From: Octopus vulgaris
Lineage: Eukaryota
Assembly: GCA_951406725.2 (NCBI GenBank)
Contig: OX597820.1
Coordinates: 45,322,001 to 45,386,000 of the forward strand
Direction: 5' to 3'
Length of the DNA stretch: 64,000 nucleotides
Positions 40,802 through 54,516 of the stretch are shown piece after piece. The notes under the pieces were generated by a model. The model searched no databases and had not been told where the DNA came from. It was given only the letters and a program-made list of their open reading frames with translations. The position numbers were made by a program, and so were the translations under genes. The number at the start of each line of letters is the position of its first letter. Position 1 is the first letter of the stretch.

Positions 40802-43129
40802 CATTGAATACGTGTACGTACATACATATTTCCGTACACACACATACATGCATACGTACATGCATACATGCATGCATACATACATATATATGTATGCTTG
40901 GGTATTAACGAGTACATTAATAACAATGAAACTGGTTGCTCGAAATCTTTGGGTATAGCTTATTGTTATCATATTTTAGGTCAGACCTGAATGAACAGAT
41001 CAACCACTAAAAGCGTTCCTACAGTGACCATTCTGGTTTTCTGTTTTTTTTTCTTAGTTTTTGTATAGGGTCTACATTTTACAGCATATTCTTTTTTAAG
41101 ACGATTTAGAGAGGATTGGCCACTATTTGCAGCCGGTTCTGTGATCTCGTTGGCCCATTTAGTACAGGTTTATTATCCAATTCACAACTTCAATGCTTAA
41201 TTCGTATCTGCATATATATTCATATCTATTGTGCTTATGATATATACCAAAACCACAACCGTCATATACTTGGGTAGCATGTTTTATGCTTTTGTCAATT
41301 GTAACTACATGTCTCCTACATAGTCATGAGCAAGCATAGACTCTTTCTTAGCCCTACCTACCTTTACTTAGAGGAACACTGAAAATGTGAAGGCTGGTAC
41401 TAATTACTAAGTTCGCTGGTACTAATTACTAAGTTCGCTGGTACTAATTTCAGCTGAGCAGTCTACAGCAATGTATAAGAGGTTCTTTGCTCAAGACCAC
41501 AATATACTCGCTGATCCAAGAATCGAACTCATGGCTTTATGATCTAAAACCCAACACCTTAACTACAAGGCCATGCGATTTCCTAATGAACATATATACA
41601 TCTTTTAGATCATAACCGCATTTCTTAAAACTTATCTACAACCATTAGCTTCAATTTTATCTTTATGGTTATTTAAGAGTATTAGCTATGGCATGCTGGT
41701 TGTTCGAATTTATTTGTGTTATATTTCTGTCAGTAGTTTCTTGTCATGAAAGGCAAAGTTGACTCTAGCAAGATTTAAGGATTACCTACAGAAATGTGTC
41801 ACCTACCGGGTTTGTTTCTTCATAACATTCTGAAAAATGGATTATTTATATGAAATTTTCTAAAAATACGTTTCAGATGATGTAGATGACGATTATATCG
41901 GAACTTGTGAAAAGATGGGGAAATGGTTCACACAATTTACATGCCTCGTTTACATTTCCTCATAACTTCAGAAATACGGGTATTTTTTAATGAAACATAA
42001 TATTCAGGTGCAGGCGTTGCTGTGTGATTAGAAGCTTGCTTCTCAATCACATGGTTCCGGGTTCAGTCCCACTGTGTGGCATCTTTGGCAAGTTTTTCTA
42101 CTATAGCCTCGGGCCGACGAAAACCTTGGATTTCGCAGATGGAAATGAAAGAAACCCGTTATATATAGATGTGTGTGTGTTGGTGTGTGTCGCACTACCG
42201 CTTGAGAACCGGTGTTGGTATGTTTATGTCCTCGTAACGAAGCAGTTCGGCACAAGAGACCAATAGAATAAAAATCAGGCTTAAAATAGAACAAGTACTG
42301 GGGACGATTTATTCGACTAACAACTCTTCAATGTGGTGCCCCAGCATGGCCGCAGTCTAATGACTCAAACAAGTAAAAGATAAAAAGATAAAAGATAAAA
42401 ATACCTTCCAGATGGTGTAGATTACGTTTATATCAGAATTTAATGTGAAAGAGATGGTGTAAGGTGGATATTTCAACCACTTCGACTTTGTTTCTACATA
42501 CATTTTAATAATGTCGATTACTCTAAGTCGGGGGTGTATCAAAGTGAAGATGCGTGAACTATCCTAGTTGAATACTGGAGACGATGTAATCGACTAACAC
42601 CCTTCCCGAAACTGGTGGCCTTGTACCAAAATCAGAAACCAAAATCATTATTATTATTGAGAGAGCAATGCATGCCACCAAAGTGACACTGGGTTACAAA
42701 TATACGAAGCCCAGTAAACCCATCAGGACTACCCGTCTGATAAGGATACACCAGGCACATGCATCACAACCATATGTGCGTGACATGCTGATCTCACATC
42801 AAGATAAACAGTGCATGACCTTGCAGGTGGGACCCAGTTAGAGTTTTCTTCTGGTCTAATAGTCCATCCCACTCAAAAGATTCCTGAATAAGGTTTGTTT
42901 AAGGATGATAAACAAAACACTGATGTTTCCAGAGGTGAATTTATTCAAATCCCAAAGAATTTCTCTCAGCACATGGCTATAATGCTCCCCTACTACTATT
43001 GCTCGTGACCAGAGATGCACATGTTCAGCTGGTTAAGGTCAAGCAACACACAAGGAAATCTGTGTATTGAGTAAAATAGTCACTGTAGCCCATCTTGACA
43101 AGCAAATATGTGGCATTGAGCAGAATATT

Positions 43130-43435
43130 TGCTACAGCCCATCTTTTATCGTTATTGGTATTTTTTTTACTCCTCAGAGCTCTCGGTCTTGCTTGCTCTG
43201 GTTAATTATGTAAGAAAGGACAGCAACCTGTTGTCAGAAGTCACACCGGGTCTCTTTCCGCAAATTATAAGCTTTGGTACTTGGATGTTAACTTATCGTG
43301 GAAGACTCTCAACACCCCAGCAACAATCTCAAAATCCTGGCTGTCCCCAATAGAGCAGTTTTTTTAGCCTGCTCTACCCTCATGTCAATTCCAATTTCTC
43401 TGACATATTTCTCGAACCTGGTTGTTAGTGCTCCG
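43130..43435 (-). mobile_element. R4/Dong-like 3' end fragment
   Basis: Minus strand reads GALTTRFEKYVREIGIDMRVEQAKKTALLGTARILRLL; abuts a TAT/CAT array. Confidence 0.75.
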
Positions 43436-43465
43436 TATCATCATTATCATCATCATTATCATTAC

Positions 43466-43521
<56 letters not shown>

Positions 43522-43522
<1 letters not shown>

Positions 43523-43768
43523 CTTTTAATTTGCATGTTTGTTACAATCACTTACCGAGACACACCCAGCGTCTTAGGGCGAGTGAAGGATAAGAGATGT
43601 TACAGTATGACTGAAAGCTTGGGGAGAGGAAGTGGCAGGGGCAGTTGCGAAATATCTTCACTTAATACAACACAAACATTTAAATTCAATAGGATTTTTC
43701 TAAGGATGTGGGCAGTGCCTGTCAGCACAATTTTTTGGATTTCTCTGAGACATGATTCTCCTGGGATA
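43522..43768 (-). mobile_element. Second, distinct R4/Dong-like 3' end fragment
   Basis: Minus strand reads IPGESCLREIQKIVLTGTAHILRKIL plus a 3' UTR running into (TAA)n; trinucleotide arrays on both sides. Confidence 0.75.
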
Positions 43769-43846
43769 TTATCATCATCCTCATCATCATCATTTTTATT
43801 ATTATTATTATTATTTTTATTTTTATTATTATTATTATTATTTTAA

Positions 43847-43883
<37 letters not shown>

Positions 43884-43903
43884 CATTATCATCGTCGTCG
43901 TCG

Positions 43904-43945
<42 letters not shown>

Positions 43946-44005
43946 CCAGTATCATGATCATCATCATATCATTATTAAATTATACAATTCTGCTTCTCTT
44001 TCCAG

Positions 44006-44458
44006 TGATTGATTCATCATTCCAGAAGAGAGTGTGTCCTGCCGCCATAGACAAACTTGGAGCACACCTTGAAGATTTGTTAGGCAATATGAGTCAAAAA
44101 TTATACCGCAACAACAGTAACGACAGGAGTCTAAGTTCCAACAGCAGCACCGGTAGTAGAAGCAGTCAAACTAGTAGCAATGGTGATGGCGATAGCCTCA
44201 AGTGGTCGGAACAAAGTTACAGTGTCGGTGACATTTTGGACAAGTTTCGACTGCCTCAAATCGTTCGGTTGCATGCGAGGGGACAACCAGTACATTCAAG
44301 CTTACCGATACCGTTCAACATTGCTCGTGAACAGTTACTGTTCTTCGATTCAAGAAACATTCGGCAGTTGATTGCTGAAAATTTAGTAGACACATCGGAA
44401 CCCGGATCAAACATGGATTCGTACTTGGAAGATGTTGTCATTCCTGAAGACTATCCAG
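44006..44458 (+). CDS. Exon of a CABIT-domain (GAREM/Themis/Serrano-like) protein; probable start ATG at 44089 (44006-44088 is either 5' UTR or coding)
   Basis: Acceptor cttctctttccAG ends at 44005 and donor ccag|GTTAGT starts at 44459. Translation contains WSEQSYSVGDILDKFRLPQIVRL and VVIPEDYPG, matching the CABIT N-terminal W...LPQIV and IP.xY.G.F motifs. The exon ends in phase 1. Confidence 0.8.
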
Positions 44459-44540
44459 GTTAGTGTTGATTCATTGGGATTTTTTAAATGTTTCTTAAAT
44501 GCTTCACACACACACACACACACAAACACTCACACTATTT

Positions 44541-44604
<64 letters not shown>

Positions 44605-44606
<2 letters not shown>

Positions 44607-44770
44607 CTACCAAAAACCTGAGCAAATATAAAGATCTTGAAATAGAAACCAGCAAAATGTGGAACCAGAAGACTAAAACAATACCTGTTGTCATAGGTGC
44701 CCTGGGAATGATAGCAAAAGGGGCTGATTGCTGCCTAACTCAGATACCAGGAAACCTAAAAGTGGCATAA
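44605..44770 (+). mobile_element. R4/Dong-like RLE fragment
   Basis: KNLSKYKDLEIETSKMWNQKTKTIPVVIGALGMI directly follows (TAA)n at 44542-44604. Confidence 0.75.
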
Positions 44771-45332
44771 GACTTCTGCAATGCAGAGATCGCATTTGTT
44801 CTTATAATCGTTATACGGTTTGGCATGTGTAACAATAGACCATTTCATACTAAATACAACTAAGGTGTGTGTTAGGTTATGAATGAGCCTAGATAGAAAA
44901 GTACTATTAGTTTTCGTTTGAGATTTATAGCTAGTGAATCATTACAAATTCTCGCCTTGAAGGTGGTACTACACGTGCCCATATATATACAAACTTGGAA
45001 TCCTCCGTGGAGACTGTGCATTTATATACGATATTTTTTCGCGAAGCATTTATTTTCTAAGGGACAGTAGGCGGGGCATCTACAGCTCTATAGATTTCTA
45101 GAAGGTGCTAAAATGGAGTTTGTGGGGTTATAACTACCTTTCTGAGTCACTTAGGGAAGGCAAAGTGCAGACGTACGATCTACTAGATACAGAAACCAAA
45201 TATCCCTCCGACATACTCTATTCATCTTAAATTTGGAGAGGATGCATCCAAAAACTTAGTCTCATATTTGGGAACAGAATACATCATACATACATACATG
45301 CATACACACACACACACCTATATGTACATGTG

Positions 45333-45432
<100 letters not shown>

Positions 45433-45833
45433 GAAAGGTATTGGTATCAGAAAGACCCAAAAGGTATCGGCTAAACGCCAAGTAAGTGCTATGGATAGAC
45501 CACGGTTAAGCCCCAGGCTCGATAATGATATGAGTGAGGAGTCCAACGTGGGTCATGTATTAGCATGCATATGAATAAACTGACAGAATGAGATAAAAAA
45601 AAACAAAGCAGTAAATAGATGTCATAACATTTATCATCGAAAGGTCTTACAGCTGTAAAGATTCTTAATATTTTCCCACTCCGTGGAATTTCCGTGGGTC
45701 CCCACTAGTATTTATTAATTGCTGTTAGTGGTTATAAGTTTTCTTTATTCCCACTACTTGTCTAAACTTTTTTTCATTATTCAGATCTTAACAATAAACT
45801 GAGTTAAATATATGTGTGTTTTTGTTTCTTTTA

Positions 45834-45896
<63 letters not shown>

Positions 45897-46879
45897 ATTA
45901 CATTTTTCACATTTATTTTTCTATGATGAAATATGCCTGACAGATCTGAAATGCCAAGTCTTTCGACATAACTCGATCCTGTGTAACTTCTACAACTCAG
46001 GGTTCTCGGCTCCCAATTAACTATTCCAACTGAAATACTTTTGGTCTGCCTCAGTCGTGAGCCACGATCTTACACCTCATGTATTTCTGGCATGTTTTAT
46101 CAATCTTCATTAAATATTCAAATTAGTACAGTCATTCAAAAAACACCAGTCAATGACGTTTAATAAAATTCACTTTTCAGCTCATTTCATCTGAAATTTT
46201 CTGAAGTCAATATCCTGCATTCAAAGGATATATCTGTTTTATTTATTTATGTTTTTCACAGCTGTCAAAGTCTGTTCATGTTAATTTTATATAATGTATC
46301 TTTTATACATATTCAAAAGGTGTTTTCAAATGTATTATTTTGACTAGTCTATTTTTACTTTAATTCATTGTCTTGATAATTAACTGCCGTTTGTATTCTG
46401 CTTGAAAAAATCTTGTTAGCTTGTTATGCTCTTTCTTAAGAAATTTATATGAATGAAACTCTTAATATCACATTTAGTAATAGATTCTTTTCTAATCTTG
46501 TTAAATTTTCTGCCTTTAGCATTCATGTTTTGTCTGTATAGCATGGAGTAACTCGTGTACAGTATTGTACAGCTTCATGGTGATTCACACGCCACAACTT
46601 AGACTCTACAAGTCAGGAATTCTACTATGTATGCCTGAATAGTGAAAATGATATTAGTCATTGATTTAGATAGTCGTTTCTTCCCAGCGTAATTATTTCT
46701 AATAACGATTATTCATTTTTTAGCACGCACACGCACACGCGCGCACTTCATGAAATCTGACTTTTGTATAAAGGATGTTTTTGATGCCAACTGAGTGTGG
46801 GCGATCCAAAAAGATCTTATCCAATAATTCTAGAGATCTGGCCTTGCATTTCTAAGGTTTCAGTTCATAGTTTATTCGA

Positions 46880-47640
46880 CCATACATACATACATACATA
46901 CATACATACATACATACATACATACATGTATGCATGCATGCATACATGCATGCATACATGCATATATACATACATACATGCATACATGCATATATGCATA
47001 CATACATACATACATGCATACATGCATGCATACATGCATACATACATACATGTATGCATGCATGCATACATGCATACATACATACATACATGCATACATA
47101 CATACATACATACATACATACATGTATGCATACATGCATACATGCATACATACATACATGCATGGTTGCATACAGACATACTACATACTTGCATGCATAC
47201 ATACATGCATGCATGCACACACATGCATGCATATATACATACAAACGTACATACATAATGCATGCAAACATGCATGCAAACATACATGCATACATACAGA
47301 CATGCTTGCATACAGACATACATGCATGCATACATACATACATACATACATACATACATACATACATGCACGCATGCATGCATACATACATGCACGCATG
47401 CATGCATACAAACATACATACATACATGCAGGCATGTATACATACATACATATATACATACATACATTAGTACGTACATTCATAAGTACGTACATACAAT
47501 CATACATACACATTCATACACAAACACATACACACACCCATATATATGATGTGTGTATATGTACACGTATGAATGCACGTGTATGCATGTATGTGTGCAT
47601 TTATGTATGCGTATATGTGTATGCATGCGTATCATGCGTG
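46880..47640. repeat. About 760-bp compound (TACA/TGCA)n tetranucleotide array in the CABIT-gene intron
   Basis: Almost uninterrupted purine-pyrimidine alternation; source of the spurious YMHT/CMYV ORFs. Confidence 0.95.
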
Positions 47641-47712
47641 AAAGTTTAAAATGTGGAATTTAAATATATTACATCGCAAAAATAACTAAAATATTTCCAT
47701 TTCTATTTGCAG

Positions 47713-48857
47713 GTTTATTTGTGCAGCCAGTAACCATAGGAAACAGTACCGAACTAATCACTTACGATAATATTGAATCTTTGGTATCACACGAAGCCAA
47801 AGGATTCCTGACTCTACACACAATACAAGGTATTCGTAAGACATCATCTCTTGGAAGCATCAGTCAATCAAATGCAGGATCCTGTCCAAAATTGTACCCC
47901 AGAGGAAGTATATTTCTAATTGAAGAAATTCAAAAATGGTCTTTTAGTTCAAAAGGAAATCTTCAGAATAGCCATCACGCTCCTTCCATTATGAAAGTTC
48001 CTTCAGCAAACCGGAAATCCACAGTGCATTTTGCTGACTCAAACCAAACAAATGAATACGATTCTAGAGAAAACATAAACCAGATATCTAAAAGAGAAGG
48101 ATCATCTAGAACATCTTCTCCATTGTCACCAGCAAGAAAAATCCCAAGCATACAAAGGCTAAGTTCCAGTATGAATGACAACTCATTGTTAAGTAGTAGT
48201 TTGAAAACAAGACCAGTAGTTAGGTCTGCTTCCGTAGGATCATCAAGGTCAATAGATAATGGTCTAGTTCTCAAATGCAAAGATGCAAGTGGACGAAATG
48301 TCTATTTCCCGTTTCATACTGAAGGGAGTTTTATTGAAGTATTAACGCATCCAACAAACCCGAATAAACTCTCAATACAAGTGAAAGAATTGTTAAACAT
48401 GAAAGTTCTTCCTCCCATGATATGCTTTGTCTATGGCAAAAAACGTCTTTTATTAACATCTGGTTTTCTAAAACTCAAGGAGATTCAAGAACATCGATCG
48501 GTAGTTGTGTGTGCGGTAAACAGGACTTCATATGTCTTATTCGAGTTGCCTGTCACTTCAAACATGAAATTTTCTTTGTCTCTCAATAAGAATCTTTTAA
48601 CGTCCCCTCATATTCAAAGAGCATTAAATCTCTGCGAAGAGAATGCCACGAATTTCAGCAGTGATATTAAAGTGGTTACTAAGTTGTCTTCAAAGTCAAT
48701 CGAGTTTGGCAACAACGGCCTCACTACTTTCGGTTTGGAAACATTTAAACAGCTGGAAGACATAGCCGAAGTGAGTTCCAGTGAAGAAGAAGATGATGAT
48801 GAAGGTACGAACAAACAGTTTAATCGTATACCTGTCGAAGGAGTGATATATCTGTAG
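47713..48857 (+). CDS. Terminal coding exon of the same CABIT-domain protein
   Basis: Acceptor ttctatttgcAG ends at 47712. G|GT TTA TTT GTG joins in frame to give IPEDYPG-LFVQP. The 378-codon non-repetitive ORF contains the CABIT-like LKCKDASGRNVYFPFHTEGSFIEV and LPPMICFVYG motifs and stops at TAG 48855-48857. ATG44089 to stop is 1515 nt (504 aa). Confidence 0.85.
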
Positions 48858-49653
48858 AAAAAAAAAATGTTGTTGGTCAGTTTTATTGGTGGTTCACGGC
48901 AAACATAATCACCTTCTATTGTAAATAATTATACCCCTCCTCCTCCTCCTCCTCTGTAATTCGGCAGTTATCAGCCACAACGATGAGATACATACATAAA
49001 TGAAGCAGAGGATATACATACATTAAGAAAATACAAAGAAATATGACTGAAATACATACATGCACGCACGTTTTACACATGTATGTACATATACATATAT
49101 AGGAGAATAGTGAGTGGAACCCTTTAAACTTATTCGGAAAATTTCCAAGCCCACAAAATCCTTATTGCCGCAGAATACAGCGATACAAACGTAACACCAG
49201 CAGCATCTCCGCCGGCTTTTCAGTTTCTAGAAACTAATAAATCCAATGTATTTTTGGAGGAATTCCCTCTAGGAAAAGTCTCTGCTTTTAAAACCTCAAC
49301 GTGAGAGTTGTATTTCGGAAGTAATGTGATCGCCCTTCTTTTGGGATGTAGGATTTGTTTAGTAAAGAGGTACTGCTGTTGAAGATGTTATTCGTATCCT
49401 TCAGTGAATCAACTTTGTTGATAATGAGATCATGCCAGCATCCTGCACATGAGTATAATCATATCTTGGCATTATTCAGTCTAACAACCAGGGAACTAAA
49501 AAAGCCAAAGAAAAAAACACCAAGAAGGTACTGACGATTCTCATTCAGCTTCTACAAACATGTTCATATTTAGTTGATGAAAAAATCAGTCAAGCTGATA
49601 TTACAGTATATTGCAATGTGTTACAACGCTATAAGCTAATTCTAGATCATGAC

Positions 49654-49685
<32 letters not shown>

Positions 49686-50179
49686 AAACTAGAAAATTAC
49701 AGTTTCACACTATATTCTCCTGTCTTGCACTATTCATTCGTACTCTATGACCATTATAGCTGACAAACCTGCAACATTGAACTGTCTGTGTAATAACAAC
49801 AAATTGGCCTTTTGAATTACATGCTCAATCCACCCGATGGCTTTCCATACAGATTCCGTTTGCCTAATCTGGGGCTATGACATTGACACAAGCCAAGATG
49901 CTATACAGTGGAATCGATCCCAGGACATCCTAATTGTGAAATGATTTTCTTAATGGCTCAGCCACGCCTTTGTCATACGCACATACATACATACATACAT
50001 ACATACATACATACATACATACATACATACATACATACACTCAGCCACATACACACACACACACATATATATATACACCATAATATCGAGAACAAAGGCC
50101 ACAGTGAACTCCCCGCGGGGGAGTAGAAACTCTAAGTTTCGAGTAGCGTCCTTCTTTAGAAAAAGTTGACAGCTTGATT

Positions 50180-50228
<49 letters not shown>

Positions 50229-51271
50229 CATGTACACAGTTTATACATACTCATATATTTATACATGTACTCATATGCACACTTCTATCCATATGCACAA
50301 ATGTAATAAAAATATCTATGTTTATACATATATTTATACTACAATTAATACAATATTTCAGCTATCAAGAAAAACGAATTCATCAAAGGACTACAAAAAT
50401 GTATAGCTATCTTAAAAAGTTTCAGTAATGCGTTCTTAAAATGTCATATTTGACTTCTTCATTAATCAATGCTCGAAACATTGATTATGGGACATCTCTT
50501 TGCTAATTCAGCCCTCCCTGAATTAGAGTGAGTAAAGTTCAGATGTGAAAACGTTTAATTTTGAATCTTTAGTTTTGATACGGTACGTTATTTTTTGAAC
50601 TCAAATTTCATCGATGTGGGTTTTGCTTTTCATCTTTATGTACCAGCTAAATAGCTTACACCATGCATTATATTTCTATAATGTATCTCTATTTGTGAAA
50701 GAAATTATAATAGAGGAAATTGGCTTGGTTTTTAGATGGTTAGGTACTCAACGAAATAAAGGATATTTAGCATAAAACATTCAAAAGTTGCCCATCCAAT
50801 GTATTGGAATTTATAGATAAAAGCAAAACTTCTTGCAAAATCTCTCCATTGTTTTCTACCAGAGCAGAACACAGTCTTCTAACAATAACTGCAACTCTAT
50901 AGTTTTGTCTGCTTTTCTGACGCCTTCTAAAGATCATATGAATCTAAGCAGGTTGTCAGATCACAACTAAAGGTTGTCTTTATATATGATATACCAAAGG
51001 CCAGTTAAACTGGTGGTGAACTGACCCCCACCAGGATATTGATTAAAACTAGAAAATAAGATGTAAAGATGCAGTAACCCGTTTGCTATGAATCCCTTTG
51101 GCTCTATGGTGCAACCCTGCTATAAAATGTTCATATCTAAATGAAAACCTTCCGTTAGAAGTTCATACAAGAACCTACTTTTTGTAAATTTATATTTCAA
51201 CCATCAGTTTAATAATAAAAATGTTAATTATTTTACTAAGTTCTTTATTATTTTTAAAATTAATTGCAACA

Positions 51272-51684
51272 GGCGCAGGAGTGGCTGTGTGGTAAGTAGC
51301 TTGCTAACCAACTACATGGTTCCGGGTTCAGTCCCACTGCGTGGCATCTTGGACAAGTGTCTTCTGCTATAGCCCCGGGCCGACCAATGTCTTGTGAATG
51401 GATTTGGTAGACGGAAACTGAAAGAAGCCTGTCGTATATATGTATGTATATATATAAGTGTGTGTGTATATGCTTGTGTGTCTGTGTTTGTCCCCCTAAC
51501 ATTGCTTGACAACCGATGCTGGTGTGTTTACGTCCCCGTCAATTAGCGGTTCGGCAAAAGAGACCGATAGAACAAGTACTGGGCTTACAAAGAATAAGTC
51601 CCGGGGTCGATTTGCTCGACTAAAGGCGGTGCTCCAGCAAGGCCGCAGTCAAATGACTGAAACAAGTAAAAAAAAAAAGAGAGA
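51272..51684 (+). mobile_element. SINE family A, intact
   Basis: Same head/body/tail. Further copies at about 5510-5885(+), 17230-17583(-), 24850-25392(-), 25675-25885(-), 27200-27580(-), 33385-34202(-), 35852-36361(-), 42007-42402(+), 59641-59745(+), 61420-61520(+). Confidence 0.95.
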
Positions 51685-52063
51685 ATATCGACGGGTTATG
51701 TGAGCAGAATTGTAGAAAAGAAAGGTTTAAAATGAAATTACTGAATCTAAAATTGAAGCATCATTGCAAACTTATCATACTATTCACAACGAAAATGTTG
51801 GAAAGATCCACGTTGTTACAGATTTAATTTAAATAGTCCGTTTGAGTTCAATGTGATGGTGGCACAATTACTAACGGTTTAAAGTCCTCAATTAACTGAT
51901 TCGTTCACTTCTTATCAGAATCATTGTGTTGTGTGACAACATGGTTCGAAGTAGAAAGAGCAGCCCGGCTGTAAAAAACAATTTCTCCCACTCCAGCAAT
52001 GTAAGTATTAAAAATAAATGTAAAGCAGTTATATGAATATACAGGATGTCCCACCAATATATA

Positions 52064-52508
52064 TCATCATCATCATCATTGTTCGACCGTGGTCGAGACA
52101 ATGGAATTTACCATGCTACGCCAGACTTCACGGTCCATCATAGCATTACGGAGGTCCAGTTGCTGGATGCCTGTATCCCTGGAGATTACATCAGGGTAGG
52201 AGAGTGTGCGCTCTCTGGTATTCCAGAGGAGAAGAGTAGAAATTACCTCGTTTTCAGCTCTACAACAATGTCCAACAAACTGGACTCTCCTACCTTTCAC
52301 AAGAGATGACACAGGTGGTAGTTTCCCATATATTTGCATTTTGGTTGGATGACTCTTCCACGAGTGTAGGTTCCATCCAACCGCCTCTCAAGCTTCTTTG
52401 ATAACGTCCTGGTTTCTGAGCCATATAGTAGAATTGGTTCGACTGTGGCTTTGAAGATTTCAAGTTTGAAGTCTCTACTTAGATTTGATGACCAGATCTT
52501 ATGCATGT
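52064..52508 (-). mobile_element. RTE LINE 3' end with (TGA)n tail
   Basis: IFKATVEPILLYGSET...LDGTYTR...FVGHCCR...AMMDREVWR. Confidence 0.85.
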
Positions 52509-52539
52509 CAATATATATACACACATACACATACATTGA

Positions 52540-53620
52540 ATGATTATAAAGTCAGTGTTTGTTAAAATACATTTCCATTTCTTTATGAACGCCTGCTTTC
52601 AAACTGATGGAAACAGCCATGTATTCGCAAACACCAAGAAACATTTCATTCGGTATTTATGCGCGTACTTGTTCCATGGGTGCTCTCAATTCGTTGACTG
52701 TAGCCGGAGTGACTTGAGATCCGGTGAGAGAAGTGGATATTCTACTATACTTCTTCGTTTAATCCAGCTGTTTGGCAAAACCTCATCTAGGTAGGTCCTT
52801 ACATTACTATGGTAATGAAAGGGTGCCTCATCTTGCTGGAAATACAACCCCGCATCATCAAAGTTCTTTTGAATGTCTGGTGTGACAAATTGTTGTAGCA
52901 AGTCCAAGTAAATGGGACCAGTCACAGTGCCGGCAAAAAAGAATGGTCCAATTAATCCATTTGATAATAAACCGCGCCATACTGCATCTCCTGGTAAATT
53001 AACATGACCTTCCTCCTAAATGTACGGTTTCTCAAGTCTCCAGTAGGTGCATTTGTGGCAGTTAATTGAGGCATTTAATTTAAATGTAGCCTCCTCACTT
53101 CAAACAATATGTAGGAAAATGTGCATCTTCTACATCTTGCCAAATTCTATTCGCAAACCTCCACTCTTCGGACCAGATCATCCTCACTGAGACCATCGAC
53201 TATTCTCGGAATGTAACTTTTCCAATGACAGAGGTTCAAAATGCGATGGATGCTTGATTTTTGAAATTTTTTTTTGATATCTCTTGTCTTGCTTGCTGCA
53301 TAGATACTCTTGAATTTTGGCTATACGTTTCTAGTGCCTTTTCGTGCTTTGTGGGGCTCGTTCGATATCCGTGATCTTCTGGATCATATTTAGTGAACAT
53401 TCATTTTATCCAAACTTATCTCTAATTCAAGAGATGGTAAGTCGTGTAGTTAGATCTATTTGAAACACTCTGCGTTTTCAAAGTTCCAGTAGTACTTTAG
53501 TTCAAAATTCCCTTTTTCAAAGTTTAGTCTGGTTCCCTTCATTATTTTTAATGCGTCAAATCTAAAATGAAATGAAAACTAAGCTCTTAAAATGAGTATA
53601 TATTTTTGGGAACGACCTGT
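52540..53620 (-). mobile_element. Decayed Tc1/mariner of DD41D (rosa/Visitor) type
   Basis: GPFFF...FQQD(E)APFH...WIKRR...[11 protein letters not shown], with about 41 residues from QQD to the expected third D. Terminus TAcaggtcgttccca (minus) at about 53620. Confidence 0.7.
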
Positions 53621-53824
53621 ATGTGTGTGTATTTCGATCAAGGGATCGTAGTAATTCTCATTTAAAGACGAACTAGATGTTAAAAACAAAGTAGGTGTGT
53701 TTAGTTCATTTCTTTGTTTTCCCGTTTTTTATTACAACATGGCCATGATGTTTCAATTATTCTTCATTCTTCGGAAAACGTAACTGGTTATACAAGGTGA
53801 GTACTACACACACACATACACACG

Positions 53825-53904
<80 letters not shown>

Positions 53905-53991
53905 AGAAATATAAAAATGTAAAAGGAGCAAAAATACTGGAGATTCAGTATACACCACGTGGCAAAATTATGGGTTGAAAATATGGGGAAA

Positions 53992-54038
<47 letters not shown>

Positions 54039-54042
<4 letters not shown>

Positions 54043-54465
54043 CCGAATTTTATAGTATTAAATATCCATTTCGGTTGATCATACTAATCGGTTTCGCATA
54101 AAGAATACAATGGATACCACTTGCCAGTTTCACAGCAGACTCAACTAAGAGTCATAAACCAATCCCCTGAACCCTTTTCCGTTTCACCACTTTTTTTCAC
54201 ACCAGCCGCCGATCGGTTGTACTAATCCACCTCTGACAATAGAGAGCAGTCACCATATTCCCTTCCATATCGGCTATCTCTGATGAGCGTAAAATTATAT
54301 AATCGGATTATTACCTAACACTCCATTGTATTCTTTACGCGAAACCGATAAGTAAGATCAGCCGTGATGGATATTTAATACTATAAAATTCGGATAATAG
54401 ACCCACTCTACTGACAGACATGAGTGCATCTTCTCCCTGACTTATGGTCTTAGACGACTCACGCA
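54039..54465 (+). mobile_element. Penelope-like pLTR with inverted 5' extension and hammerhead
   Basis: 54039-54114 is the reverse complement of about 54322-54397. The element starts directly after (TA)n. Confidence 0.65.
54271..54364 (+). ncRNA. Minimal type I hammerhead ribozyme with long stem II loop
   Basis: CGGCT-ATCT-CTGATGA-GCGTAAA...TTTACGC-GAAA-C(cgataa)G-TA-AGAT-c-AGCCG, with GUA cleavage after 54354. Confidence 0.8.
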
Positions 54466-54484
54466 TGTATATGTGTGTGTGTAT

Positions 54485-54516
<32 letters not shown>

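Noticed and set aside
41393-41449. 22-bp direct repeats gctggtactaattactaagttc as a CRISPR-like array
   Set aside because: Head-to-tail with no spacers; slippage inside a SINE remnant in eukaryotic DNA.
43954-44005. Hydrophobic N-terminus MIIIISLL... of the listed 169-aa ORF as a signal peptide
   Set aside because: Derived from the CAT repeat and polypyrimidine tract upstream of the splice acceptor.
46797-47649. Stack of 100-240 aa ORFs on both strands (HTYM/CMYV repeats)
   Set aside because: Translations of a stop-free tetranucleotide array inside an intron.
49100-49640. Possible GIY-YIG remnant on the minus strand (..YSCAGC..)
   Set aside because: Too degenerate to support; could be 3' UTR of the CABIT gene.
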